Source: Cyanophora paradoxa CCMP329
Lineage: Eukaryota > Plantae > Glaucophyta
NCBI GenBank assembly: GCA_004431415.1
Contig: QPMI01000474.1
Coordinates: 62,001-126,000, forward strand
Length of the DNA: 64,000 nucleotides
Direction: 5' to 3'
Under the pieces are notes generated by a model that did not search any database, was not told where the DNA came from, and saw nothing but the letters and a program-made list of their open reading frames with translations. Position numbers and translations under genes: made by a program. Positions 1 to 13,279 of the stretch are shown here, piece after piece. Within the stretch, counting starts at the first letter, position 1; each line of letters begins with the position of its first letter.

Positions 1-3000
1 GAGGGGCGGGCCACAACGCCTGGGAGTTCGGGGGAGGGGGCGCGGCGGTGGGCAGGCGAGGCGGATCGGCCGGCGCCGGAGGGGCCGACCGGGGGCAGAT
101 CGGAGGCGAGAGAGGGGACGCCGGAGCCGCGGCGCTCCATGCGGGCTCCGAAGGGCATAACAAGCGACTTGCGGTGGCCGGACGCCTCCCCGATGGAGCC
201 ACGCGGCGCCGCCGCCGGCAGAGCGCCTGCCTCGCGATCGGGCCCCGAGGCGCGCCGGGCGTACGCGTGCACGGTCGGAGGCACGGCGGGGAGGGGCCTG
301 CGGGCCCGCCGGCCTCGCATCAGAGGGGCCTCGGGGGATGGGGAGGGGGTCGCGCAGGGGAGATCTCACTGCGGCTGCATGTGCCGGCCGAACATGCCGC
401 CCAGCCCGGCGCCCGCCTGGCCCTGCTCCTGCAGCTGATGGAGAGGTGGCAGCAGCTGCTCCAGCTGGACCCAGCTGCGCCATGCATGGGCGAAGTCAGA
501 TGGTACGTCCAGTTCGGCGGCCATCGTCCCCGCCGGCGCCACGCCCGGCGCGCGCACGTGACTGTGGCGCGGCGACCGCGGCCGCCGCGGACGCTCTGCG
601 CCTCCCTCTCCTGCGTGATGGAGCCGCGGACCGACCGACGGCCGTGCAGCGAGCCGCCGGGCACCGCCGGCCACGCCCCCGCCTTGTCCTGCGCCAAGAC
701 GGATGAGGGGCGGGCTCGCGATCGCGGGCGGCCGGGCGGGGCCGGGGCGGACCTCGCGGTCGCGGTCGGGGGCGTCGAGGTGGAGGGCGCGGACGAGGTG
801 CCAGAGCAGCGCGAACTCCGCCTCCCCCTCCACCAGCGGGCCCATCTGCGCCCCCGCCCCCGAGCGGCGTCGGCGGCAGAGCCGTCGCGCGGGCGGGCGG
901 GCGCGGGGCGCTGCGGACGTCGATGGCGCCGTTGGGGAAGAGGGCGCGGACGACGGCGCGCCAGAGGAACAGCGGGCTCGCCCCGCGGCTCGCCTGCGCC
1001 GCCGACACCACGACCATCATCCGCGCCCCCGCCGCCACCTGCCGGGGCGGTCGCGCCACGCGATGCCGACGGCCGCGCAGAGATCGCGATCAGCGGAGCG
1101 CACATGGCGGGCGTGCGCGAGCAGCGCCGATTTCCCTGCGCGCGCCGATCGCGAGTGAGCGATGCGGCCCGCGATCGCGAGTGTCCCGTGCCCGGCAATA
1201 TTACTCAATTGCAAAGCGCACCGGATCCGCCGCCCCCTTCAAAGAGAAGGACGCGGGGGGGCGGGCTCTCTGCGACGCCCACGACGGCGGCGGGGGGCGC
1301 CGGCCGTGGCCCGCCTGCCGCGGCCGCGGCGGCGGCGGCGCGCACGACGGCATCGATCCGCAGAGCCTCCGCCGAGCGCGCCGTGAAAGTGATCGGGTCG
1401 CCCTGCGATGTCGGCGCGTCCGGATCCGGCATCGACGTCTCGCGCGCGCAAGCGCCGCGCATGGCGGGGTCGCCAGGGGCGGGGCGCGGGACCTCTGGAT
1501 TGGCCCCCGACTTGTTGGAGCCGTTGAAGGTGATGGGCGCCCCGCCCCGCCGCTCCGGCCGGTAGAGGGGGACCTGGCATGGAGGCCGGGGCTCGGCCGG
1601 ACAGGCGATCCAAGGGGGCCGGGCCGGGCGGACCTGTCCCTCGATGCCCTTGAGCGTGAAGTGCCCCACGAAGGACATCTTGAGTTTCGAGCGGCACGCG
1701 TCGTGCGTCTGCGGAAATTTAAATTTGGGAATTCGCACATGGGGCGGACCGAGCACAAACAAAGGCCTAGGACGCGTGCCAAAGCGATTAAGTTTGAAAT
1801 GCGCCAAGCGAAACGCGCCTTTGAATCAGTGTAAATATCGCCTGGACTCTTCGCCATCAGCCGCGCTGCATGATGGAGCGGGGGAAATAAACGCCAGGAA
1901 CAGGACAGAGCGCTCTAGATCTACGCACACGTACCCGCTCGACTGCACATTACCGAATGTCGAACAAGGGTGGTGTGCGCGTGTTGTTAGCGTTGAGCAC
2001 AATATATACAATTAGAAAAGCAGACGTTGCGCACTTCACAGTTGTACCGAAGACGCTGTGTATTTAACGCAAATGGGCCGGGAAAAATTTAAATATAAGT
2101 GGCCAGGCAATCGAAGCCACTACATACAGCAGCTTGATTTCGATGATCTAGCATAGAGCCCGCTTCGAACGTGCAGACCTGAACTCGCAGCGCGTCGGGC
2201 TTCCCACTGCGCATCGCACCAAAGGCGCAACAGAATGAAATTAGAGACTCGCGCTCAACGTCACGGCGAGAACGCGCAAGCTTAAAGGCGCACCGAATGT
2301 GCAGAAGACGAGGCCAGTCGTAATTCTGCGATCGCGAGAATTATTCGCGAAGAGATATAAAGCGGTGAAACGAAGAGCTAGGAATTGCAACCCAACGGCA
2401 CGTCTTGAAGGCAAATGCATCGTCCCCCCCATTCAAGCTCTAGAACAATCTATTGTGCACGCGCGTCTCTATTCAAACATCAATGAAGCGCACCCGATGC
2501 TGGTCGTCACTCCGATTGCTTTCATCGATTCCTGCATGTCGACAGCTGGGAACGTTCCCGTTAGTTTCGCGATGTGATCAACAGTACTAGTTGTGGCGCG
2601 ACGCTCTGCATTAAATTCTAGATTATAATTAGATCTGCGGATTCCGCGCACCGCAGGCGACGGCGCGGACGGGGTCGTCGTCGTGCGCGACGGGCCACAG
2701 GCCCCACACGGCGATCAGGATCAAGCCCTTGTCTTCGGGTTCGACGCAGACGGCCGCGGGCACGCGCAGGGGCTCGCCACAATCAGGGGCGCGTGCGGGC
2801 GGGCGGGCGGGCGGGCGCGCGGACCGTCGAGGACAATCTGGCGGAGGGAGCCCTCGTGGGCGTACAGGACCGCCTGCAGCGTCCGCACCGCCCGCTGGAC
2901 GGCCGCCGCCGAGGGGTCCAGGCCCGCCAGCTTCACGAACTGCCGCCCGACCCCGTCCCCGTTTGCGCGAGCCGTAGCTGCAATGTGGATCTAGCCGCCA

Positions 3001-5664
3001 ACGAAGCGAAACGTCGATTTCCGACCCGCCACATAAAACCCAGCCCCACGCGAAGAAATGCGAAAATGCGAAAACGGGGATCGGGAATCGGAATCCCCAT
3101 TCGCATGAGCCAGAGCTGCGAAATAAATCTAGACGCCAGCGTCCCTTCGTATGAAGCGGGCCCAGGCCCATGCGAAACCGCGAAAATCCGAAAATGCGAA
3201 ATTCAAACGGGGATCGGGCTCTGGCGCGTGCAGCGCGCACGGCGACGGAGGCGACGCGGAACTTCTAGGGTTCTTATAGGCTTCTTCTAAGGTTCTTTAA
3301 TCCAGGTCTTCTAATAAACATAAGCTTTGCGCGCGCACGGCGACGGAGGCGACGCGGAACTCGGAGAGGAAGCGGGTCGGGTCGAAGGCGTCGGCCTCCG
3401 TCGCCGCGCCCCACTCCCGCATCGCCGCCAGCCGCGCCCGCACCGTGTACGGCCTGCCGGGCGCCCCCGTCAGCGGCGGCGCCCGTCAGCGGCGGCGCCC
3501 GCGGCGCGAGGGTGGGCAAGAGCCTCACACGTAGAGGGCGACCTGGTCCTGCTCCTCGGGAGCCAGCTCGGGGAGGGGCGCCTCCGCCGGCTCCCCGCCC
3601 GCCGGCCCCGCCACGAACGCCGCGAGGGCCTCGCGCGCGGCCGCCGTCGCCGGCACGACCGCGTGGGCGCCGGCCCCGCGGGACGAGGCGGGGCCGGGGC
3701 TGGTCCCGCGGGCCGTCGGCTCGGGCGTCAGTGCCCGCGAGCTGCGGTCGCGGTCGGCGCCGGCTGGGGAGCCCCCCGCGACCGCGAGCGACGACGTCGA
3801 GTGGACGGAGCTGTGCCGCGCCATCGCGCGGGCGACGGCGGCCGGCGGGCCGCCCGGGGAAGACACATGTACGGGCGCGAGGGCGAGGGCGGGGGCGAGG
3901 GCGGGGTCCGTCAGGTACTGCTGGGCCGAGGCGCACACCGCCGTCTCCCCCTGCTTGATCGCTGCGCGCGGGCCGCCGGGGGCCGTCGGACCCCGGCCAC
4001 GGCCTTCGATATTGCGCCGATGCGCGCGCACCGCCCAGGGCGTCGCCCGTCTCGGCGATGGCCGGCCCGGCGATGAAGTGCACCATGCGGCCCGGCACTG
4101 CACGGCGCGAAATTAAATCAAATTCGTCTTGCCTCGACTCCCGGAATCAACTTGAAATTTCCCGCTCTATACCGCCCGGCCTTCCTCGGGCCTAGCTGCC
4201 CGGGCCGCACCGACGTGGCCGCGGTCGTCCATCAGCGCCGCCTCGCACGCGCCGTCCCCGCCGCTCGTCGCGCCCCCGATCCCGCAGAAGTACTCCGAGA
4301 AGTCCCCCGCTGCCCCCGCCCGTCAAGGCCCCCGCGAGGACGAGAGGGCGGGAGGGGAAGCGGGCGCGGGCGGACCGGCGACGGCGGCGCGGAGCTTCAT
4401 GTCCTTGCCCATCCCTACGCACACCGACGAGAAGACCTGCGCACGCGCGCGCCCCGGCCGGGCCCGGCCGGCCGCGAGCGCCTCAGGGACGCCGGGCGCG
4501 AGGGGGGCCTGGGCCTAGGCCTGGGGGCCCGCTGCAGCGCGCCTCCTGGACGTGGAGGGCGTACTGCAGGGCCCGGGCGCAGCGCAGCGCCATCGCGCCC
4601 CCGAACGCCTCCGGACCCGCCGCGCGCTCCAGCGCGTCGGCGCCGGCGCCCGCGGCCGGCGGATTCGAATTCGAATCCCCCGCGGCTGGCTCTCGTGGGC
4701 GTATGGGCCAGAAGACCTGGCCGGGGCGCGCGTCGCGCCGAGCCGTCAGAGCGGGGGAGGGGGGTTCGAAGCGGGGAAGGAGGCTCGCGGGAGGGCACCA
4801 ACAGGCCTTCGATTCGCACCGGAAGCCGCACGCGAAATATTGAGGGCGCGGGGTCAGAGGGGGCGGGCGGCGGGCCGGGGGGCCCCGAGGGGCGGATCCC
4901 GATCGCGACCGCGATCGCGAGGCGCGCTCACCGTCGCCGAGGAAGCAGAGGACCTGCCCGCCGTAGTGCTCCGCCAGCTCGACCTCCTGCCCGCCCCGCC
5001 CAGATCGCCTCGAGCTCCCGCAGCCCGCCCCGCCCCGCCCGCGGCCGGCCCGGCCCCCGCGGCGCAGCGCTGGCGCGCAGTGCCTCAAGCATCAGCTCGG
5101 ACCTTGGAGAAGGCGCCGTTGATGACTCGGCAGAGGTCTGCGTGGGGGCGTCAGCCGAAAGGCCTCCCGGGGAGGGGGGCCCGCCCCGCGGCCGGTCCGT
5201 CCGCGTGCCTTCCATGAGCGTCTCGTCGCTGCTGGCCTGCTCGCACAGGGCTGGGGGAGCGCGCGCGCCGCGCGGCCGCGGGGCGCCCGTCGGTCAGGCG
5301 CGCGAGGGAGGGGCCGCTGAGTTGTGCGGCGGCCTGGCCTGCATGCAGAGGGGGCGCGAACCCGAGAACCCGCTGCGGCGCGCGCGCGCGGGGGGGGAGC
5401 AGCTCCAGCGTCAGCGACGTCGACAGCAAGTGGCTCGGGAGACGGTGGGCGCTCGGGCGGACCTGATGTCGAGCACGGCGACCGCCCCGCTGACCGAAGA
5501 GAGCGGGGCGCGCCCGCGCTCTCCGGATCCGCGCTCGAAAGTGACGCTCCCGCGGGGCGCGGTCGACGATCCCCTCCGCGCCTCGCCATTTCCCGCGACG
5601 CGGCGGGCCCCGCGCTGCTGCTGTTGCACGATGTGCTGCACAACCGACCTTCCCGCGCGCCCAT
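1..5664 (-). CDS. Soluble adenylyl cyclase (ADCY10-like): two class III cyclase domains followed by a STAND P-loop NTPase; multi-exon, runs off the left edge
   Basis: Minus-strand exons in the expected order: GAVAVLDI (~5465), HYGGQVLCFLGD (~4950), GRMVHFIAGPAIAETGDAL..AIKQGETAVC (~4090-3930), C2 domain LQAVLYAHEGSLRQIVLD/DKGLILIAVWGLWPVAHDDDPVRAVACG (~2880-2650), ITTGLVFC, VGSPTRCEF, FTLKGIEGQVPLYRP (~1670-1555), then VLLFEGGGGSG/GKSALL (~1250-1115). Start codon uncertain. Confidence 0.85.
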
Positions 5665-6271
5665 AATCAGCGCTGGTCAGCGCAGCCTTGAAGCGGCCGC
5701 GGCGAATCGATATCGGAGAACGCGTACGAGCTCACGAAGCGCCGGGCGATATCCATGCCTAGGTAAACCTCGAGCTCATGGTCGATCTAGATCTAGAGCA
5801 CTAGTCCAGCGTGCGCGTCCCATGGCCAGCAGCGCAGGGCGTCACAGCCGCAGCCAGCCGCGGCGCTCCGCTCCAGATCTCGATCGATATCCGGTACAGC
5901 TGGATCATGATCATCGGCTGCGGATCTGCTTGCAAGCTAAAGCTTCTCAGCTCGCGAGTCACGGACTCACGGTCACGAGCGCGTCTCACGACAGCGCCGC
6001 TGCGCGACGACATTAATTATATTCGAGCTCCGCTCAGAGTCCGCTGCTCCGAGTCCGAGCGAGGCCGCTTTCCTGGAACTTCGGAATACAGTACCCAGGG
6101 GCGGGGTCCAAGTAAAAAACGCATGAAGATGAGGAAAAAAGACTGACGACCACTAAGCTGGCTGTTAGGAGCTGGCCGGCGCAGCCGCGCACTGAGCGCC
6201 GAGTGAGCGGAGTCTGAGCCTCGAGCTCGAGCGGAGTCGACGTCGAGCCTAAGGCCCTATAGGCTCCTATA

Positions 6272-6538
6272 CCGTAAAACACTTAAGTAATGCGCCGGTA
6301 AGTAATGCGTTTTTGGACCCGGACCCCCAGTACGGTTAATTATGCGCCCCCGAATTAATGCGTTTTGAAGCCTTCTGGCTGCATGAGGGGGGTACATACC
6401 GCAGTTTTCTTAGCCTAGTAGCTCCGGCTTAGCGCTCGGATATTAATGCGCCCCCAAATTAATGCGTTTTGCCAGCGGAAAACGCATTATTTCGGGACCG
6501 CATTACTTAAGTGCACGCATTACTTAAGTGTTTTACGG
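6272..6538. mobile_element. MITE, Tc1/mariner-pogo type (family A)
   Basis: TIR CCGTAAAACACTTAAGTAATGCG...CGCATTACTTAAGTGTTTTACGG, TA on both sides, internal TAATGCG/CGCATTA repeats, no ORF. Confidence 0.9.
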
Positions 6539-7096
6539 TAGCTAGCCTTAGTAGCTGAGCTGCAGGCCTACCGGGTACCGGTAGCCTGCGGTACTAGGGT
6601 ACCGGTAGGCCGGGCTGAGCGGCGCCGGCGCTCCCCGCGGCCGTCCGAGACGGTCCGACGGCTTGCAACGTTCACGTTAACTAATTATAAGTTGCCAAGT
6701 TGCAACTTTTTTGGCAAGTTCAACGTTTTGTTAACGGGTGCAATTGCAAGGTGCAGGGCCACTGCAGGCTCAAGCCGCCGTGCTTGCATGCGCACTGCGC
6801 AGGCAGCGCGGGCAGCGCAGCGCATTCGGAGAATTTCGGACTCGCTGAGTCAATTTCGGAGTAATTTCGGACTCGCCGAGCGCGAGTCGGATTATAGACT
6901 CGGATATCGATCTCGGACTCGGACTCTCGGAGACTCGGAGTGACTTTCGGACTCAAATTTCGGAGAGACGCATCCGCCAAGTCGGCTCATATCGCATGCT
7001 ACTATGATGCACTGGCAGATCTAGCCTCATCATCTAGGCGTCGACTAAGATCAGCAGGAGGCCTGGCCCGTGGCGAGCGCGCCGGCCCAGGCCGCC

Positions 7097-9327
7097 TCAG
7101 GCGAGGTGGAGGTGGCGGAAGTCGCGGACGGGGCGGGGGACGACGCGCAGCCCCGGGACCGAGAGCCCCAGGCGCCGCGCCACCTCCCCCGCCGGCCCCG
7201 CCTGCCACCGCCCCGCCCTCAGCACGCCTAGCCTCGCCCCGGGGGGTGCGCGGGCGCGGCGCACGGGGGGGTCCAGCTCGTCGCAGTCGAGGAGGGCCTC
7301 CAGCAGCGCCCGCAGGCCGAACACGCCCGGCGCCCGCTGCGGGGCGTGCATCTGGAGGGGGGTACGCAGGGGCGCCGGCGGGGGGAGGTACCCGGAGGAC
7401 GGGAGGGGGGCGGAGAACGAGGGTGCGCACGCGGGAGCCCTCCCGCGCAGCGAGGGCGCGCAGCGCCGCCTCGTCGTACCCCGGGGCCCCGACAAACGCC
7501 TGGGGTACGGGTTCTCCGAACTTGGGGGTACGGGGTCGATGCAAGCGAGCGGGACGGACCTCGCAGCGGGTCAGGTCGACCTCCTCGAGGCAGGGGTACG
7601 CCTTCTCCAGCGCCGCGAGCGCGTCCTGCGCGGCGGCTAGCGTGAGGGGTGAGAGACGGCGCGGGGTACCGCGCGACGCACGGGGGGGTAGACGAGCTGG
7701 GGGTCCCGGCCCCAGCCAAGCACGCGCACGCTCCGGACCTGCAGGGGGGCGAGGTTGGGGGGGTGGGTGGGGGAACAGGGAAGGGGGGTACCTCGGCGAA
7801 GGCGGGGGCGACAGCCTCGGCCGTAACGCAGTCGGCACCGAGGCGGCGTACCCCCCGACCGCGGGGCGCCGAGCAGGCTGCGCCGCGGATCGGTGTGGGG
7901 CGGGGAGAAGTCCGGGGAGGGGCGGGAGGGGGGTACCGGCGCCGGCGGAGGAGAGGAAGGCGCGGAAGGCGGCGCGCTCGCGGGGGGCGAGGTCGTCGGG
8001 GGGGCGGAGCTCCAGCGCCTCCAGGCGGGGCCACGCCCCAGCGGGAACGCCGGGGTACGCCCCCCCCTCCGGCGGCTCCAAGGCCACCAGCCGCAGCGAC
8101 CGCAGCGCCGCGCAGCTGCGAGGGGAGGGGGGTACGCGTCGGAGGGCGGGCGGGAGCAGCGAGGGGATGGGGGTACGGGGCTCACCCGAGGGCGGCGGCG
8201 AGGGCGGCCGCGTCGGCTAAGAGGCCGCCGCTCTCGTCCTCCGCCTCGCTCACGTACTCGCAGTCCGCCACCTGGGGGGTACCGGCTCGACGGGGCGGGG
8301 GGCGGTGGCGTCGTGGGGGGGGGGGTACGCGCGTGCAGTTCCTCGAGGGAGTCGCTGTGGCGGGAGGGGAGGAGGGACCAGCGGACGCGGGGCGCGCCCC
8401 CGGGGCCGTCCCCCTCCGCCCGCACAGTCACCTGGGCGAGTCAGAGCGGGCGAGGGGGGGGGGAAGGGCGGGGGGTTCGCGCACCTGCGTGAGGCGCACG
8501 CTGCGGAGGGCGACGCAGGACTCGAAGACGGCGTCGATGGCGGACAGGGGTACCAGCAGATCCACCAGCTCGACCTGTCGCGCCGCGGTCGGCGCGGCGG
8601 GCGAAGGGGCGCGGCGGGTGGGGGCGGGGGGGCGGGGGGGCTGGGGGGGGCGGGACTGTGTGGAGGCAGGCGGGCGGGCTGCTCGTGAGGTCGAAGCGGG
8701 AGTACAGCGTCGACATCTCGCGGAACGTGGTGGCCCCCACGGCCTTCAAGACCTGCGGGCGAAGGGGTCGCGGGCGCGTCGCGGGCGGCGGGCGCGGCGG
8801 GCGGGCGCGGCGGCGGGGCGGGCCTGGAGGCGGGGGCAGAGCTCGTGGAGCGGGGGCAGGTCGCCGCCGCCGAAGTCGGAGTCGCCTTCCTCGTCCGTCG
8901 CGGCGGCCGCGTCGAGCGCGAGCTCCTCCAGCGCCTCCCATCCCGCCGCGACCACCATCTCCGACAGCTCCCGCCCGCCACCCAGCACGCTCACCCGCCG
9001 CAGCGCCGAGCGCGCCGCGCCGGAGCCCGTCAGGAAGCGCGCCGCCGCCGACCGCGCCGCCGGGCTCCAGGACGTGCGCGGCACGGCGAAGCTGCTCGTG
9101 AGCGCGTTGTGCTCCTTGAAAACGGTGCGCCACCTGCGAGGGATCGCTCGTTGGCGCGCCCCCGCTTACTTCGAAGCGGCCGCACGATCCGAGGATCCGG
9201 TGCGGAGCAACGGGCAGCACGTGCAATGCACGCACCTGCGGCAGACGCGCTGGAAGCTGTTCAATGTCCACGGCTCCACGGCGAGCTCGAGCACCCGCGC
9301 GAGCACCGCGTCCGGCAGCGACTCCAT
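7097..9327 (-). CDS. F-box-like / leucine-rich-repeat protein, multi-exon
   Basis: N-terminus MESLPDAVLARVLELAVEPWTLNSFQRVCRR is F-box-like; LRR-like segments WEALEELAL, CPRLQVL, WPRLEALEL, YPCLEEVDLTRC. Confidence 0.65.
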
Positions 9328-9528
9328 TGGAGCTGCAGCAGCACTTTGTCTACACCTAGAACTAGTGCGTGGGTGCCACTGTGCCAATCCTCCAACGAAC
9401 GAGTCCCACTGTACCCGTCCTAGCTGTGCTGCCAGAGTGCTGGCAGTGCTGCACAGCCCGCAGAGCAGCGATTCGCGCGACGAGGCGCAGATTAAACGCG
9501 TGCAGTAGGGGCTCTAGCTGCAGCCAAG

Positions 9529-11911
9529 ATGTCGCAGCCAGCAACATCTGCGAGATCCGTGACGCTCAAGCGCTACCCCGGCGCGCGCGAGACACAGCGC
9601 GACGACTTTGAGATCGTGTCCTCGCCCCTGCCTGAGCAGCTGCCTCCTGGCCACGTTCTGCTGCAGGTGCGCCCTATGCACGTGCCCGGCCACATCATTC
9701 GACGCGCTGGAGCTCGCTCTCTAGGCCAACGCCGCAGCTTGCAAGCCGCCGAAATGGAGCGCGGGCATGCGCGTACGGCGGGAGCCGTCCTGCGCTGACG
9801 CGCGAACGCGCCCGGCAGGTGCTCTACCTCTCTGTAGACCCCGCGCAGCGCATCCGCATGCACCCCGGTCAAACTGGATACTTCCCGCCCTTCGAGCTCG
9901 GCAAGGTGAACCGCTCCAAGCGGCCCGCCTCGGGTCCCGGCCGGCGCCCTCTGACAGGTCCTCCTCCCCCAGCCCCTCGACTCCTACGGCATCGCCCGCG
10001 TCGTCGCCAGCACCAGCTCATGCGCGCCTCGTCCCCGGCCCGCGCCCGCGGCGGCCTGCCGCGCGCTGACTCCCGCGCTCAGCGTACGCCGTCGGGCAGC
10101 TCGTCTCAGGTGCCGCCGCCGCCGCCGCCGCCGCCGCGCGGCCGCGCCGACGCGGCGTGCGCAGCGTTCCTCCCGGCGGTGGACTACCGCTTGGCGCACG
10201 AGAAGGAGCTGCAGGCCCGCTCCTTCCACCGCTCCATCAGCCCCGAGGCGCGTGCACGCCTCGTTCCCCGCCCCGTCCCCGCCCCCGCCCCTTCCCCCCC
10301 CCCTCCTGAGCGGCAGCCGCAGATCCCCCTCCCCCTCTACATGGGCGTGCTCGGCCTCACCGGGCTCACCGTTCGTACCCCCCCCCCCCGCCCGGCTGTA
10401 CCCCCCCCCCCCCGACGGGCCCGGCAGGCCTACTTCGGCTTGACTGAGGTGGGGAGGATCAAGGCCGGCGAGACCGTGCTCGTCACCGGCGCGTACCCCG
10501 CCCCCTTCGATTTCCCCCCTCCCCTTAAGCTTCCTGAGCGGGATCCCCGCCGCAGGCGCCGCGGGGGCCACCGGCTCCGCCGCCGTTCAGATCGCGAAGG
10601 TGCGGCCGCGCGCCGCTGCCCTCTGATCCCGCACCCCTCGGGGGGCCCCGACGGGTCCGCAGGCGCTGGGGTGCCGCGTCGTCGGCGTGGCGGGCGGGCC
10701 CGAGAAGGCGCGCCCCTGGGCCCCGCCCCGCTCTCCCCGCGCCCCTCTCTGGGTCCGGCCCGCCCACCGCCGCCCAGGTCCGCTTCGTGCGCGAGGAGCT
10801 CGGCGCGGACGCGGCGATCGACTACCGCCCCCTCGGCATGCCCCGTCCCGCCCCCCTCCTCCCCTCCTCCCCCCCCCCTCCATCCCCCCCCATCCCCCCT
10901 GACCTCGCCTCCCCTCCCCGCAGGGTCGGACGAAGGGGCGATCTCTGCGGCGCTGCGGGAGGCGTGCCCCGGGGGCGTCGACGTGCACTTCGACAACGTC
11001 GGCGGCGCCTTCGCCGACGCCGCCATCGGCTCCCTCAACCAGGCACGCCTCCTCCTCCTCCTCGCCACCGGCCCGGCCTGACGCGCGGTCGGTCGGCTCG
11101 CAGGGCGGCCGCGTCGTGATGTGCGGGCAGGTCCGCCCCGCCTTCGAGCCGCTGCGAGGTCGGCCCGCCCGCCCTCAGCGTCAGGCCTGCACCGCAGATC
11201 AGCGACTACAACGCGTTCGGCGAGCCGTCCTCGCGCTACGGGTACAAGAACCTCGCCAAGGCGCCCCCCCCCCCCCCCCCCCCCCCGCTCTCCGAGGTGC
11301 AACTGAATGGCGTACCCCCCCCCCCCGCAGCTGATCTTCAAGCGGGGCTCCATCACGGGATTCCTCGTGTCCGACTACATCGCCAAGGTCCGGGACCCGC
11401 GAACGAGAAGAGCGCCGTCGCTCGCTCTGAGGGCGCTGCGGGGGCGGGCCAGTGGGGCGAGGGGGTGGAGCGGCTCGCGGCGCTGCAGCGGGAGGGGAAG
11501 CTCCGGCAGCGCGACACGGTCCTCGAGGGCCTCGACCGCTACCCCGACGCGTGCGCCCCCCCGCCAAGCTTAGCTGAGCCTAGCTTAGCGTAGCTTATAA
11601 TTAGCGTAGCTTAGCTTAGCTTAGCTTAGCTTAGCGTAGCTTATAATTAGCTTAGCTTAGCTTAGCTTAGCTTAGCTTGGCTTGGCTTAGCTTAGCGTAG
11701 CTTATAATTAGCTTAGCTTAGCTTAGCTTAGCTTAGCTTGGCTTGGCTTAGCTTAGCGTAGCTTATAATTAGCTTAGCTTAGCTTAGCTTAGCTTAGCTT
11801 AGCTTGGCTTGGCTTCTAAGCGGGGCGGGGCGGGGCAGCTTCTGCGAGATGATGGGCGGGCGCAACGTCGGCAAGACCATCGTCCGCGTCGCGCAGGAGG
11901 CCAAGCTCTGA
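9529..11911 (+). CDS. NADP-dependent oxidoreductase, prostaglandin reductase/CurA-like MDR family, multi-exon
   Basis: Spliced reading gives LYLSVDPAQRIRM, MGVLGLTGLTAYFGL, GETVLVTGAAGATGS, CPGGVDVHFDNVGG, GGRVVMCGQISDYN, GRNVGKTIVRV-AQEAKL-stop. Confidence 0.93.
11568..11815 (+). repeat. (GCTTA)n pentamer satellite with ~61-bp higher-order period, inside the last intron of the oxidoreductase
   Basis: Runs of GCTTA/GCTTG punctuated by GCGTAGCTTATAATTA, the last three about 61 bp apart. Confidence 0.95.
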
Positions 11912-13279
11912 GGGGCGGCGCCCGGCGCGCAAGCGCTCCTCTTGCGCCTGGTCGACCAACGTCGAGGCCTGTATCTGCGAGCATCGTCAATCGATAGCAC
12001 CTTCGTTTCAGCACTCAATATTTTAATGAAGCTCTGTGTAATCCGCGAATTCGAAGCTGCATTATAATTACCATACATACGCACTGCCGCACGCGCCGTA
12101 CGCGTGCGCGCGGGCGACAGCTGCCTATACTGGATGGATGCTCGTGCACCCGCTGCGCATTTTTGTAATTATTAATATAATGGAGCGCGGGCTTGAGCGT
12201 GTAAGGTAATATATATAACGCACCTCGGACCAGACCCTATAGCTATGATCCGCATGCCCCCCGGGCCAACTGCAGGATTGCATCGGATATCCGGATCCAA
12301 GCTAGTGCCCATTCGTCTACGCTCCGCCCGCGATTCCGGTACTCGGCGCGCGTCCGCGCCGTCTAGATCTGATGAACGGCGAGCGCGAGAAGGAGATGGA
12401 GGGATACAGCCTCATTGGGTCGTGACCCTCGCGTCTTGATCACGGCGACAAAGGAGATCGACCGAGCTCGAGGGAGTGTCCCCTGATTATGAGGCCGAAA
12501 AGGAAGACCACGTATTGCCTAATAGGAGTGGTTGGGGGGCGCGTTTTCTGCCGGTACGTGATTTCAGATCGCGCTCGCTGGGCAGTGCGATTTCGGCTGG
12601 CCATGGGGTACAGCATTAAAAGCTGAAAATAAAGGACTGCTCGAAGGCAGCCACCCCCCTCATGACAGCCCGAAGGCCCGCAACTTGGCAAAGTGCACGT
12701 GGCAACGGCCAAAGCCCAGGCCTTAAGGGAAAGCCGATCGGGCGAAAGAAAGAATAAACGCAGCGCAAACAAAGCTTAATTGCAAGGGGGGGTCAGCTGC
12801 TCAAACCCCCCTTGCTACCCGTCGGATTGTCTGTCACGCTGTCCTAAGCCGGCCAGTTCGCAAGTTGGCCTTTTTTCCGTCGGCAAAAGTCTTTTTACGG
12901 TACCCATGGCCAGGCCGGCTGGGCCGGCCGCGGCCGGCGGCCGCGCGCGGTCCAGCTAGCTGCAGAGCGCTAGCTAGTGTTCGCTAGGAGAGCCGGCCGA
13001 ACCGGTACATGCAGACACCGCAGTGCCGCAGCTGCAGTGCGCACGCCACAACAAGCGCGGCCACAACGCATGCGCAGCCCGCCGTCCGACGGTCGCCCGC
13101 AGGCATGCAATCGAGTCTGCGGCCGCGGGGGCCAAGCCCGCGGCCAAGCAGGAAGCCGCTAGACCGGCAGCGAGCTTGACCGCGGAAGATCTAGCTAGAG
13201 CGAGGGCGCTATAGCTAGCGCTATGCAGCCGGCAACAAGCTAATCGGCCGCTGCCGCAGCGGGCGGCGCGGCTCTTAAG

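Noticed and set aside
6826-6965. TTCGGA/CTCGGA repeat cluster, and GGCAAGTT/AACTT repeats at ~6690 and ~19375
   Set aside because: Probably transposon subterminal remnants, but no termini or TSD could be defined.
12480-12515. CTGATTATGAGGCCGAAAAGG resembling a hammerhead ribozyme core
   Set aside because: The CUGAnGA core is interrupted and I could not build the flanking stems.
12783-12815. GCAAGGGGGG..CCCCCCTTGC hairpin as a Helitron end or terminator
   Set aside because: No CTRR terminus, matching 5' end or second copy in the window.
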